Origin: a virus
Direction: 5' to 3' (one strand)
Length of the DNA: 64,000 nucleotides
IMG/VR virus record: IMGVR_UViG_3300009788_000098
Coordinates: 1-64,000 of that record
Shown: piece after piece, positions 36,400 to 46,684 of the stretch
How the letters are laid out: each line of letters begins with the position of its first letter
How positions within the stretch are numbered: the stretch's first letter is position 1
Made by a program: the position numbers and the translations under genes
Notes under the pieces: generated by a model
Told to the model about the DNA's origin: nothing
The model's input: only the letters and a program-made list of their open reading frames with translations
Databases searched by the model: none

Positions 36400-37440
36400 A
36401 TGAAAGTTTTAGTTACAGGACATAACGGTTACATAGGATCAGTCCTCGTTCCGATGTTACAGGAACATGGACACACAGTTGTCGGCATGGATGCTGATTG
36501 GTTCAAGGATTGCCTATTCACAGTTCCTCAATACAAATTGCAGGAAACAAAGCGTGACATTCGTACAGTCCATGATGAGAACGAACTCAAAGGTTACGAT
36601 GCTATCATCTACCTTGCTAATTTGTGTAATGACCCGCTTGGCTGGCTCAATCCAACGCTCACCTACAAAATCAATCACGCCTGGTCAATGCGGTTTGCAT
36701 ACCGTGCCATGCTTGCAGGAGTTGAGAGATTTGTGTTTGCTTCCTCGTGTAGCGTGTATGGCAACGCAGATGGAGTTGTGGATGAGAGTTCTGAACTCAA
36801 TCCGCTCACGCCTTACGCAGGTGCTAAATTTCGCATGGAGGACAGTTTAGATGAATTCGGTGCAAGAGCACAAATGCTAAACCTTCCCTTCACGCCAGTA
36901 TCATTACGCAACGCAACTGTCTATGGTGTTTCCCCTAGACTTCGCACAGACATTGTGGTCAATGATCTTGTGAAATCAGCATACGTAACAGGCAAGGTGA
37001 CATTGTTGAGTGACGGCACGGCTATGCGTCCATTGGTGCATGTGCGGGATGTGTGCAGAGTCTTCGTCCTTGCGTTAGAAGCCCCGAAAGATGTTGTCCA
37101 TAGACAGAAGTTCAATATCGGTTCTGAGAACCTTGCTGTACTGGAAATTGCCAAGATTGTTGCGAACATTACGGAAGCCGAGGTAGAGATTGGAACTAGC
37201 GGTGCAGACACACGTAGTTATGAAGTTGATTTTAGCAAGGCGAAACGCCAATTGAACTTCAAGCCTAATTGGGAGGCATGGGATGGTGTTGAAGAACTGT
37301 GGGATGCGTTTGAGGCAACATGCGTTGATGGGGTTCTTGCAGGACATCCTATTGAGTGGTACAAGTTCAACCGCCTAAAGCGTATTCAATATCTGCAAGA
37401 ATCTGAACAGATTGATTATAAGTTGTTTTGGAAGGAGTAA
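36400..37440 (+). CDS. NAD-dependent epimerase/dehydratase (SDR)
   Basis: VTGHNGYIG, ASSCSVYG, YAGAK, RNATVYG. Confidence 0.9.
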   Translation: MKVLVTGHNGYIGSVLVPMLQEHGHTVVGMDADWFKDCLFTVPQYKLQETKRDIRTVHDENELKGYDAIIYLANLCNDPLGWLNPTLTYKINHAWSMRFAYRAMLAGVERFVFASSCSVYGNADGVVDESSELNPLTPYAGAKFRMEDSLDEFGARAQMLNLPFTPVSLRNATVYGVSPRLRTDIVVNDLVKSAYVTGKVTLLSDGTAMRPLVHVRDVCRVFVLALEAPKDVVHRQKFNIGSENLAVLEIAKIVANITEAEVEIGTSGADTRSYEVDFSKAKRQLNFKPNWEAWDGVEELWDAFEATCVDGVLAGHPIEWYKFNRLKRIQYLQESEQIDYKLFWKE

Positions 37441-37443
37441 GAA

Positions 37444-37683
37444 GTGACAAAAGTATTGCATAATGTGTGTGATATATGTGGAAAAGACAGATTATGGAAT
37501 GGTATTGCGGGATGGGCAGTTTTGAAACTGAAACCCAAAACTGAAGATGATAAAAAGACTTTGCTGTTTCAAGAATATTACAAGAATTACAGACAGTACT
37601 CTAGCAAAATGGATATATGTTATGTATGTACAAAAGAGTTTATTGCTTGGTTAGCAAATCGAAAGCGGAAGGAACTGCAATGA
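37444..37683 (+). CDS. Zn-finger hypothetical phage protein
   Basis: CDIC...CYVC; AAGGAG RBS. Confidence 0.65.
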   Translation: MTKVLHNVCDICGKDRLWNGIAGWAVLKLKPKTEDDKKTLLFQEYYKNYRQYSSKMDICYVCTKEFIAWLANRKRKELQ

Positions 37684-38834
37684 ACTGTCGCTCATGTAAC
37701 AGCACCGATTTACAACTCATCCTGGACTTGGGCGAGATGCCATTGGCAAACGCCCTGCTAGAAACCCCCGATCAACTCTGCAAAAAATATCCACTAGACG
37801 TGTGGTTCTGCAACGATTGCACATTGGTACAAATTAGCGAGACTGTTGCACCTGAGATACTGTTCAGTGACTATGCGTACTTTAGCTCGTACTCGGATAC
37901 GGTTGTGCAGAATGCGGCAGAGTTAGTAGAACACGTGATGTGGAAATATGAACCCCAAACTGTAGTTGAGATTGGGAGCAACGATGGGTACTTGTTGCAA
38001 CACTATCCAGAGGATATAAAGATACTTGGCTTTGAGCCAGCAGAGAACATTGCGAAGGTCGCTAATGCAAAAGGTATTAGCACAGATGCCTCGTTTTTTA
38101 CCAAGCGGGTAGCACAAATCTTGTGTGTTATGCCAGCGGATATTATCCATGCCAACAATGTCCTCGCTCATGTAGCAGACCTGAATGACTTCGTTGAGGG
38201 TATTGCAATACTTCTCGCAGACAATGGGACAGTCATTATCGAAGTCCCTCACGTCAAGGAATTAGTAACGCATTGCGAATTCGACACCATCTACCACGAA
38301 CATCTATGCTACTTCTCAATATCGGCTATCCACAACTTGTTGCAACGACACGGGCTACACATTCATGCTGTTGAACCAATTCCCATTCACGGTGGGTCAA
38401 TACGCATATTTGCCATGAAACGACCAAGTAGCTTCAAGATAGTACACGATGAGACCTCATTGCCCAGTTATTACAAGGGGTTTGCAGAGGCGGTTGTTTG
38501 GTACAGAAATCACTTCAAGAAGTTCCTTGATGATTTGAGACATGTCTGTGGCCCGATTGTTGCTTATGGTGCTGCCGCCAAGGGTGCGGTATTGCTGAAC
38601 TATTGTGGCGTTGGTGCAGAGATACTGGATTATATAGTTGACCGAAGTCCACACAAGCAGGGGAAGTACATGCCGGGGGTACGATTGCCAATCTTTCCTG
38701 TGGAGATGCTGCTAGAAGATCAGCCTAACTATTGCCTTATCCTTGCGTGGAACCATGCTGATGAGATAATGAAGCAACTGTCAGAATATAAGGGGAAGTT
38801 CATTATTCCAATACCGAATGTGAGGGTTGTATGA
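37680..38834 (+). CDS. NDP-hexose C-methyltransferase
   Basis: CRSC...CNDC Zn site, EIGSNDG, NVLAHV, IYHEH, HGGS, YGAAAKG, LAWNH. Confidence 0.9.
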   Translation: MNCRSCNSTDLQLILDLGEMPLANALLETPDQLCKKYPLDVWFCNDCTLVQISETVAPEILFSDYAYFSSYSDTVVQNAAELVEHVMWKYEPQTVVEIGSNDGYLLQHYPEDIKILGFEPAENIAKVANAKGISTDASFFTKRVAQILCVMPADIIHANNVLAHVADLNDFVEGIAILLADNGTVIIEVPHVKELVTHCEFDTIYHEHLCYFSISAIHNLLQRHGLHIHAVEPIPIHGGSIRIFAMKRPSSFKIVHDETSLPSYYKGFAEAVVWYRNHFKKFLDDLRHVCGPIVAYGAAAKGAVLLNYCGVGAEILDYIVDRSPHKQGKYMPGVRLPIFPVEMLLEDQPNYCLILAWNHADEIMKQLSEYKGKFIIPIPNVRVV

Positions 38835-39352
38835 AGTTCATTGAGACCGAATTTGATGGCGTGTGGCTTATCAAGGCTGAACAACACTGGGACTTGCGTG
38901 GTGGCTTTGCTCGTGGCTTCTGCGCGAGAGAGTTTGAAGAACACAACTTGCCTACTAAAATTGTCCAGACTAATTGGGCGTATGACCACAGAGAAGGAAC
39001 TTGGCGTGGGCTACATTATCAAGTTGCCCCTCATAAAGAAGCCAAACTTATTGTGCCGGTGAACAGAATACACGATATTATTATTGACCTGCGCCCCAAG
39101 TCGGATACTTACATGGAGTGGGGTTCATTCGTGCTTACAGGGCGTACTATGCTCTACGTTCCAGAAGGGTTTGCGCATGGTCATCAGGCAATGGAAGATA
39201 ATGTGCGTATCTTCTACCACATGTTCAACTATTATAATCCTGAACATAAGAGGGGAATACGGCATGATGATTCAGCATTCAGAATGTGGTTGCCACTAGA
39301 GATTACAGCAATGTCTTTGCAAGACAAGCATTGGCCTAACTATGAAGCGTAG
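38831..39352 (+). CDS. rmlC: NDP-4-keto-6-deoxyhexose 3,5-epimerase (RmlC family)
   Basis: DLRGGFAR, RGLHYQ, IDLR, YVPEGFAHG. Confidence 0.88.
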   Translation: MKFIETEFDGVWLIKAEQHWDLRGGFARGFCAREFEEHNLPTKIVQTNWAYDHREGTWRGLHYQVAPHKEAKLIVPVNRIHDIIIDLRPKSDTYMEWGSFVLTGRTMLYVPEGFAHGHQAMEDNVRIFYHMFNYYNPEHKRGIRHDDSAFRMWLPLEITAMSLQDKHWPNYEA

Positions 39353-40478
39353 CATACCTATCGCTGGCCCGTGGATTACCCAGAAGGAAATAGACTATGT
39401 TGCCGATGCTGTTGCAAATGCGTGGTATCAAGATGCCGGTATTTACCATGTGCGCTTTGAGAATGCGTTTGCAGAGTACGTTGGGCGCAAACATGCAATA
39501 GCACTCCCGACATGCACATCTGCAATTCACCTTGCACTATTAGCATTGGGAGTTGGCAAGGGCGATGAGGTTATTGTTCCTGAACTAACGTGGATTGCAA
39601 CAGCAGCTCCCATTACTTATGTCGGTGCGACACCTGTGTTCTGCGATGTGGACAAAGATACGTGGTGCATGGACGTTGAGGCTTTGAAGATAGCAATAAC
39701 ACCAAGGACCAAGGCTATTATCCCTGTTGATCTCTACGGTGGGATGCCCGACTATGATGAGATATTGAAGATTGCCAAGAAGCATAACATTGCTGTCATT
39801 GAAGACGCAGCCCAAGCTATCGGGTCTGAGTACAAGAAGCACAAAGCAGGCTCGTTTGGAACAGTTAGTTGCTTCTCGTTTCATGGTAGCAAGACGATGA
39901 CTACGGGCGAGGGTGGAATGTTGGTTACTGACATGGACGAGGTATATAACCGCGCATTACATTATCGTGACCATTGCCGTGAGGGTATATCATATCGAAG
40001 CGATGCAATCGGATACAAATATAAGATGTCATCCATGCAAGCGGCATTGGGGTTGGCACAGTTGGAGCGCATTGATGAGTTAGTTGAGAAGAAACTTAAA
40101 TTGGCTGAATGGTATACTGATAGATTATGGAAGTGCAAAAAGATAATTTGTTGGAACTTGGAAGCTTCTCACACGAAGAACTCGTATTGGATGACTTCAA
40201 TCGTTATAGACTCTGATGAATATAATAATCCTGAGATATATCGAAACGAAGTGATGGAAGCATTAAAGGAAAGAAACATAGGTGTTCGTCCCGTGTTTTA
40301 TCCACTGAGTCGCTTAGCAGCCTATGGTGCTTATTCTAAAGGTGAATACGTTAGTTATCGCAGTCCAAATGCCGACTATATAGGTCGGCGTGGTATCAGC
40401 CTTCCCTCAGCACTATGTCTGACAGAAGAAGATGTTGATTACGTGTGCAAGAACCTGCTGGAGATATTAGATGCGTAA
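39342..40478 (+). CDS. DegT/DnrJ/EryC1/StrS sugar aminotransferase (perosamine synthase-like)
   Basis: CTSAIHLAL, EDAAQAIG, SFHGSKTMTTGEGG (PLP lysine). Confidence 0.92.
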   Translation: MKRSIPIAGPWITQKEIDYVADAVANAWYQDAGIYHVRFENAFAEYVGRKHAIALPTCTSAIHLALLALGVGKGDEVIVPELTWIATAAPITYVGATPVFCDVDKDTWCMDVEALKIAITPRTKAIIPVDLYGGMPDYDEILKIAKKHNIAVIEDAAQAIGSEYKKHKAGSFGTVSCFSFHGSKTMTTGEGGMLVTDMDEVYNRALHYRDHCREGISYRSDAIGYKYKMSSMQAALGLAQLERIDELVEKKLKLAEWYTDRLWKCKKIICWNLEASHTKNSYWMTSIVIDSDEYNNPEIYRNEVMEALKERNIGVRPVFYPLSRLAAYGAYSKGEYVSYRSPNADYIGRRGISLPSALCLTEEDVDYVCKNLLEILDA

Positions 40479-41319
40479 GATACTCGTTACAGGTGCAACT
40501 GGCTTCATCGGGAGGCAATGTTTGCAGTATCTAAACGACTATGAGGTTCATGCAACTTACTTGAGTGGTTGGAAATCAGAACGGTGGTTGACAACAGATG
40601 TTGTTTGGTATTGGGCAGATTTGCTAAATGATGCAAAATCTATTATAGAGACAGTACGCCCAACTCACCTCTTGCACTTCGCATGGTTTATGGAACACGG
40701 GAAGTACTGGACTTCTGAAAAGAACTTGATATGGTTGCAGGCAAGTACAAACTTGCTACGTGCCTTTGCAGATAATGGTGGTCAACGTGTCGTGATAGCA
40801 GGTAGTTGTGCGGAGTTCGGTAAGTCCCTATACGGTATCTGCAAACATTCGCTTCAATTAGTCACAAGTGCATATTGCAAAGCGAGAGGTATTAGCAGTG
40901 CTTGGGGACGAATATTCTTTCCATACGGCGCTTATGAGAGACCTCAGCGGTTAGTACCTTACGTTATAAATAATCTACTACAAAACAAGGAAGCACTTTG
41001 CACAAGTGGCACTCAGGTTCGGGATTTGGTGTATGTATCTGATGTCGCCAAGGCATTTGTAGACATTCTCAACTCGGACGTTCAGGGTGTTGTAAATATA
41101 GGTTCGGGAACAGGGACACCAATAAAGGAAGTTGTGACCACGATTGGCAAATTGTTGCAACGGGAGGAGCTTATCAAACTATGTGCAGTTCCTGACCGAC
41201 CTGATGAGACTGGAATTATCATTGCGAACAATAGTTGCTTGCAGGATATTGGCTGGTCACCTGAGTTTGATTTAGAGATTGGCATACAGAAAGCGATAGA
41301 CTACTGGACATCAAAATGA
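40471..41319 (+). CDS. NAD-dependent sugar reductase/epimerase (SDR)
   Basis: VTGATGFIG, AGSCAE, YGICK, RDLVYVSD. Confidence 0.88.
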   Translation: MRKILVTGATGFIGRQCLQYLNDYEVHATYLSGWKSERWLTTDVVWYWADLLNDAKSIIETVRPTHLLHFAWFMEHGKYWTSEKNLIWLQASTNLLRAFADNGGQRVVIAGSCAEFGKSLYGICKHSLQLVTSAYCKARGISSAWGRIFFPYGAYERPQRLVPYVINNLLQNKEALCTSGTQVRDLVYVSDVAKAFVDILNSDVQGVVNIGSGTGTPIKEVVTTIGKLLQREELIKLCAVPDRPDETGIIIANNSCLQDIGWSPEFDLEIGIQKAIDYWTSK

Positions 41320-42419
41320 ATTGTCCTGTTTGCCAATCCAATCAAACAACTCTTTTTATTCAACGAGAGTCTGTTCCTGTTCATCAGAACGTTGTGATAA
41401 GGAGTTTGCAAGAAGCACGGAACGCCCCTGTAGGGACATTGGAACTCGTTGTTTGCGAGAGGTGTGGCTTTATCTTCAACCGTGCATTTGACCCTGCGGC
41501 AATGAACTATGAAGAACACTATGACAATAATCAAAATTACTCTTGCGTATTTCAGGAGCATGTTGCAGATCGAGCACGTTATCTGAACGAGAATATCAAG
41601 AACAGTGTGATAATCGAGATTGGGTGCGGGAATGGGGAGTTCTTGAGACAGTTAGTTTCAGATAGCAACATAGGATATGGCATTGACCCCGCTTACACTG
41701 GCTTGATGTCTGAGAAACGGGCGACGTTCAAGAGAAGCTATTTCAGCCCAGATGTAGTTGATGTTCTCGCAGATGTGGTTATATGTCGCCATGTCATTGA
41801 GCATATTCAAGACCCACTGCGTTTACTCAATGACATTAAACAGGTGGCAAAGGACTCAGCTAGAATATTTATTGAGACTCCCAACGCTTCGTGGATTCTT
41901 CGCAATCAGGCTTCTTGGGACTTTTTCTATGAGCATTGTTCGTATTTCTCGGCAGAGTCATTGACGTGTGCGCTCAACAGTGCGGGCATTAAGGCAGACC
42001 GATTGCACAACGTGTTTGATGGTCAATACTTATGGCTAGAAGCATCGTTGCCTGGCGACAGCAAACAGGGCATTCCCGAAACTGCTATACCTGTGCTTGC
42101 TCACGAATATGTCAGCAATAAAGATAGGCTAATAGATAACCACACTGCCATCTGGGGAGCTGGGGCGAAAGGTGTGACTTTTGCAAACTTGATTGATCCA
42201 GAGATGAAGCGGATAAGTTGCGTAGTTGATATAAATCCTAATAAGCAAGGTTGTTTTATTCCTTGTTCTGGTCATCCGATAATCAGCTATGCCGAGTTGG
42301 GGGATTACCATGTGGAAACGATAATAAATATGAATCCGAATTACTTTGACGAGAACGAAGCTATACTGCACGACATGAAATTTGATATTGATTTGATAGG
42401 GGTTGAGGAGTTGCTATGA
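41316..42419 (+). CDS. second NDP-hexose C-methyltransferase-like protein
   Basis: CPVC...CERC, EIGCGNG, RHVIEH, FFYEH, WGAGAKG. Confidence 0.85.
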   Translation: MNCPVCQSNQTTLFIQRESVPVHQNVVIRSLQEARNAPVGTLELVVCERCGFIFNRAFDPAAMNYEEHYDNNQNYSCVFQEHVADRARYLNENIKNSVIIEIGCGNGEFLRQLVSDSNIGYGIDPAYTGLMSEKRATFKRSYFSPDVVDVLADVVICRHVIEHIQDPLRLLNDIKQVAKDSARIFIETPNASWILRNQASWDFFYEHCSYFSAESLTCALNSAGIKADRLHNVFDGQYLWLEASLPGDSKQGIPETAIPVLAHEYVSNKDRLIDNHTAIWGAGAKGVTFANLIDPEMKRISCVVDINPNKQGCFIPCSGHPIISYAELGDYHVETIINMNPNYFDENEAILHDMKFDIDLIGVEELL

Positions 42420-43144
42420 GCGAATTTGAGAAAGAAGTGCAGGACAATATCGCGCGACTGGGTGCAGATAATGTTGCTAAGAAGATGGGATATGAGTGGA
42501 TAGAACGTGTTGCTCCCAATGGCTACATGCACAACTTCACCTGGTTGGGGTTGCCGATTATTCAATTACCACAAGACATTATCGCATTGCAGGAAATCAT
42601 CTGGCGCACATACCCCGATGTGATAGTTGAGCTAGGGATAGCGCGTGGGGGCGGATTAGCATTCTACGCATCTATGCTAGAATTGAACGGTGGTGGCAGG
42701 GTTATTGGAGTTGACATTGACATCAGGGAACCCAATAGGATAGCCATTGAAGACCACGCAATGTGGGGGGCAATAGAGATGATAGAGGGATCATCGACAG
42801 ACATACGTGTCGTGAAAGAGGTGAAAGAACTCATCGACACTTACGATAGAGTTATGGTGTGCTTGGACAGCCACCACACACACGAACACGTCTTGCGAGA
42901 ACTAGAATTGTACTCTCCGTTGGTAACAAGAGGATGCTACCTTGTGGTATTCGACACCTGGTTAGAGGATTTGGCGACAGGAACGTTCCCAGACCGTCCG
43001 TGGGGAAAGGGGAACAATCCCAAGACTGCTGTGTGGGAATTTTTTGGAACTGGTGCAGGAAAACGGTTTGAGTTTGACAAGCGCATACAGAACAAGTTGG
43101 TGATGACCAGTAACCCTGATGGATATTTGAGGTGTGTGAAATGA
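42416..43144 (+). CDS. CmcI/cephalosporin-hydroxylase family SAM methyltransferase (sugar O-methyltransferase-like)
   Basis: WLGLPIIQLPQD, ELGIARGG, LDSHHTHEHVLREL, NNPKTAV. Confidence 0.88.
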   Translation: MSEFEKEVQDNIARLGADNVAKKMGYEWIERVAPNGYMHNFTWLGLPIIQLPQDIIALQEIIWRTYPDVIVELGIARGGGLAFYASMLELNGGGRVIGVDIDIREPNRIAIEDHAMWGAIEMIEGSSTDIRVVKEVKELIDTYDRVMVCLDSHHTHEHVLRELELYSPLVTRGCYLVVFDTWLEDLATGTFPDRPWGKGNNPKTAVWEFFGTGAGKRFEFDKRIQNKLVMTSNPDGYLRCVK

Positions 43145-44133
43145 GATTTAGCATCGTAATCCCCAACCGCAACCGCGAAGATACGCTCCACTACACGTTG
43201 CAGACCTGCATTGAACAAGCCAACTTTGACGACTATGAAATTGTAGTCTACGACAATGCAAGTGATCCTCCAGCAGAAGTCAGACCTAGATGCACTCTCT
43301 ACCGTGGCGAGGAACCACTCTCAATGACACGAAGTTGGGAAGCTGCTGTAGGATACGCTAAGGGTGACTACATTATCGTTGTTGGCAGTGATGATGGGAT
43401 GATACCCCATGCTCTGCATGATATTGATGAAGTGCTAACCGCATTACACAACCCCCCTCTCTTGCGCTGGAATAGATGTTACTACACGTGGGCTAATGCT
43501 ACCCAAATAGCACTGCCTCCTCAACTGGGGGTGTTGCAGTTAGTCAAGGATGGTAGTTCGCGTATGCTCGATGCTAAGAAGCTGATTGATGCTGTAGCGC
43601 GCGGCAAGATGGATTATACGTTCCTGCCCATGCTTTACACAGCGGCCATTAGGAGAGATTTGCTAGACACAATGAGAGAACGAACAGGGAGTGTGTTTCA
43701 TTCGGTGTGTCCTGACATATTTTCGGGGTTTGCTTTTGCGTCTCTAGTAGACACAGTTCCGTGTATCAACAAGGCAATGACTATCAGCGGTGGAGGCAAT
43801 AGGTCAACGGGCTTTCATGTCATGGCTATTCCTTACGGCGAGATTAGCAAGGAATTTCTTGCCCTGAACAGACAGGATGGGCTTGTGTTGAATCACCGTA
43901 TCCCAGAGGGGTATTATGACCGCTTGGATGGGGGTTTGCAAGGTAGTTATTACACAGTTTATGATTTGGGTCTGATTGATTGGGATATAGCAGATACGCC
44001 AGAGAAGTTTACAGATATGCCTGCCTTTGATGGTCGGCGCGCAAATATGCGTGCTACTGACGTGTACCATGCTTCGATAATATGTGGGCGTGAGTTACAG
44101 TTTGAGCCTGATTTGAATTTTGTGGAGTGGTGA
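43141..44133 (+). CDS. glycosyltransferase family 2, paralog 1
   Basis: FSIVIPNRNR, YDNAS, GSDDG. Confidence 0.88.
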   Translation: MRFSIVIPNRNREDTLHYTLQTCIEQANFDDYEIVVYDNASDPPAEVRPRCTLYRGEEPLSMTRSWEAAVGYAKGDYIIVVGSDDGMIPHALHDIDEVLTALHNPPLLRWNRCYYTWANATQIALPPQLGVLQLVKDGSSRMLDAKKLIDAVARGKMDYTFLPMLYTAAIRRDLLDTMRERTGSVFHSVCPDIFSGFAFASLVDTVPCINKAMTISGGGNRSTGFHVMAIPYGEISKEFLALNRQDGLVLNHRIPEGYYDRLDGGLQGSYYTVYDLGLIDWDIADTPEKFTDMPAFDGRRANMRATDVYHASIICGRELQFEPDLNFVEW

Positions 44134-44134
44134 A

Positions 44135-45124
44135 ATGCCTAGATTTAGCATCGTAATCCCCGCCCGTAATCGGCACCATACGTTAGCATACACACTCAAA
44201 ACGTGTCTTGCGTGTGAGTACGACAACTACGAAATAATCGTATACGACAATGCAAGCATACCTCCGCTTGAAGTCCCAAGTGGCGTTACCCTCTACCGTG
44301 GCGAGAAGGCACTTTCCGTAACACGAAGCTGGAACGAGGCTGTCCTGCGCGCTACAGGAGAATACATCATTCTCTTTGGTAACGACGATGGCATTATTCC
44401 TTACGCTCTGCGCGACTTGGATACTATCCTAACGACAATGGGTAATCCGCCACTGCTCCGCTGGCGTAGGTGCTATTACACATGGGCTAATGCCGATATG
44501 ATAGGATTGCCACACCAGCGGGGAATTTTGCAACTGTCTATAGGCGGCACTCCACGCATACTAAACTCTAAGAAACTGATAAGCGCCGCAGTGCAACTCA
44601 AGATAGATTACACCTATTTGCCAATGCTGTACACGGCGACTATCAGGCGTGACCTAGTAGAAGAGCTATATGAGCGCACAGGATATGTATTTCACTCTCT
44701 CGCACCAGACCTGTTCTCAGGGTTTGCTTTTGCGGCAATGGTGGACAAAGTGCCATCAATTACTAAGCCCATGACCATCAATGCCGGAAGCAACGAATCA
44801 ACAGGTGTTAACGTGTTGGCTTTTGGCAAAACGGGGAAAGAGTCAGAGCTTCATAAGGAATTTATAAGGTTGAATTACCAGGATGGATTGATACCTGCTA
44901 ATCACATGACAAAACAAGAGCTGACACGACAAGCAGAATTTGAGAGGTGCTTTCGTATCATAGGAGAGTTGGGGTTGATAGACCATGACCCTGTGCCGTT
45001 CTCCGATGTGCCGGAGTTTGATGGAACAATTGAAGAAGTGTATGCAAACGATGTGTTTGAGGCATCGCAGATATGTGGGGAGAGATTAGATACGCCGTAT
45101 AGTTTGGAATTTGTGGAGTGGTAA
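44135..45124 (+). CDS. glycosyltransferase family 2, paralog 2
   Basis: FSIVIPARNR, YDNAS, GNDDG; colinear with paralog 1 through to FVEW. Confidence 0.88.
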   Translation: MPRFSIVIPARNRHHTLAYTLKTCLACEYDNYEIIVYDNASIPPLEVPSGVTLYRGEKALSVTRSWNEAVLRATGEYIILFGNDDGIIPYALRDLDTILTTMGNPPLLRWRRCYYTWANADMIGLPHQRGILQLSIGGTPRILNSKKLISAAVQLKIDYTYLPMLYTATIRRDLVEELYERTGYVFHSLAPDLFSGFAFAAMVDKVPSITKPMTINAGSNESTGVNVLAFGKTGKESELHKEFIRLNYQDGLIPANHMTKQELTRQAEFERCFRIIGELGLIDHDPVPFSDVPEFDGTIEEVYANDVFEASQICGERLDTPYSLEFVEW

Positions 45125-46684
45125 ATGAACATCGTATTCGTTGAGTTGCTGAAAACACCACTGGACAATATCCTCGCACATTTTGAAGGTAAGCATGTGA
45201 TAGCTGAGACTGTCTGTGTCCCATTGGGCATTATGTATCTGTCAGCTTACATTAAAGAAAACAACGATGTAGAACAAGTAGGGCTTATTGATTATCCGTT
45301 GATACCGCTCAGTGACTACAACGACTTAGACGAGTACATACTTGCTGGCATAAAGTCTATAGATTTCAGGCCAGATTTCATTGCTATCTCGCTCAATTAC
45401 ACTACCGCACATCACTTCTTTCTTGCCGTTTTGGAACAACTCAAGGCTTGTTGGCCTGATGCTACAACTGTGGTCGGTGGCACGCACGCTACATTCTACA
45501 CAGAGGGCATTGCCAAGAAGGTTGACTTCGTAATTGGGGGCGAGGGGGAACTTAGCTTCTCAGAGTTCATACGAGAATATCCCTATGTTGAGGACATACC
45601 AGGTGTTACACAACTCACAATGTCAGAAGCGGTATCAGACCTTGACACCATTCCAGACTGGGACTTGATAGATGTGGAAGCATATCGCAAGAGTGCTGGT
45701 ATCCACCCGCGAGATGGTAGAAGGCGAGAGTACGAAGCTATGATCCTGACTTCGCGCGGCTGTCCAATCGGGTGTAAGTTTTGTGCTAATTACATCATAC
45801 ACGGGCGCAAGATGCGTTTGCGTTCAACAGAAAGCGTACTAGCAGAAATGAAGGAACTGCGTACTCGGTATGGGTTCAACCGTTTTGTCATATTCGATGA
45901 CTACTTCGGTGGCAAGAAGAGGATACTAGAACTGCTGAACAGGGTTGTGGAAGAAGGGTTTGTTGTTACTGGTTACCCTAATGGTCTACACGTCAACTCC
46001 TTGGATAAGCAGATGCTCAATGCTATGATAGAAGCTGGCATGGAAGTAGCGACAATTGCTATTGAGTCCGGTTCACAGCACATACAGGACTATCTGAACA
46101 ACAAGGTAGACTTGGACAAAGCCAAGGAATTGGTAAGCTACCTGTATCGCAGAGGCATCATTGTTCGCATCTATATGATGTTAGGCTTCCCTGGTGAGAC
46201 TAAGGAACGGATGTTCGAGACTATAGATTATGCGAAGCAACTAGACGCAGACTGGGTTCACTTCGCGATAGCGACACCGCTCTTGGGTACTGAGATGCAC
46301 AGGGAGTTTACAGAGATGGGATGTCTGCGAGATAATCCTGACAGATGGCGTGTAGCGTCGCGTATGCACAGGGACTTTGATACGCTTGAGATATCTGCGA
46401 CTGAACTCAATGATTTGATGTATCTGGCTAATCTGGAAGTCAATTTCGTTTACAATACCAATATAGAAAAGGGCAATTGGCAGAGAGCGAGAGACTTGTT
46501 TGAAGGCATTCTGAAACTCTATCCGCATCATATAATTGCACTAGATGGCATAATGCGCTGTAATACGAAATTGGGCTATAATAGTATGGGAGAGTTTTGG
46601 CAAATAGCAAATTTGGTTGCTAATGATGAGAGAGCAGGGGAAATGAGACAGAAATATAGTTATCTTATGAGATATTTCCCATGA
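45125..46684 (+). CDS. B12-binding radical SAM protein
   Basis: PLGIMYLSAY, VGGTHAT, TSRGCPIGCKFC, IESG, GFPGET. Confidence 0.9.
   Translation: MNIVFVELLKTPLDNILAHFEGKHVIAETVCVPLGIMYLSAYIKENNDVEQVGLIDYPLIPLSDYNDLDEYILAGIKSIDFRPDFIAISLNYTTAHHFFLAVLEQLKACWPDATTVVGGTHATFYTEGIAKKVDFVIGGEGELSFSEFIREYPYVEDIPGVTQLTMSEAVSDLDTIPDWDLIDVEAYRKSAGIHPRDGRRREYEAMILTSRGCPIGCKFCANYIIHGRKMRLRSTESVLAEMKELRTRYGFNRFVIFDDYFGGKKRILELLNRVVEEGFVVTGYPNGLHVNSLDKQMLNAMIEAGMEVATIAIESGSQHIQDYLNNKVDLDKAKELVSYLYRRGIIVRIYMMLGFPGETKERMFETIDYAKQLDADWVHFAIATPLLGTEMHREFTEMGCLRDNPDRWRVASRMHRDFDTLEISATELNDLMYLANLEVNFVYNTNIEKGNWQRARDLFEGILKLYPHHIIALDGIMRCNTKLGYNSMGEFWQIANLVANDERAGEMRQKYSYLMRYFP

Noticed and set aside
43141-45124. 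Diversity-generating retroelement TR/VR pair
   Set aside because: Differences are not adenine-specific and no reverse transcriptase is present
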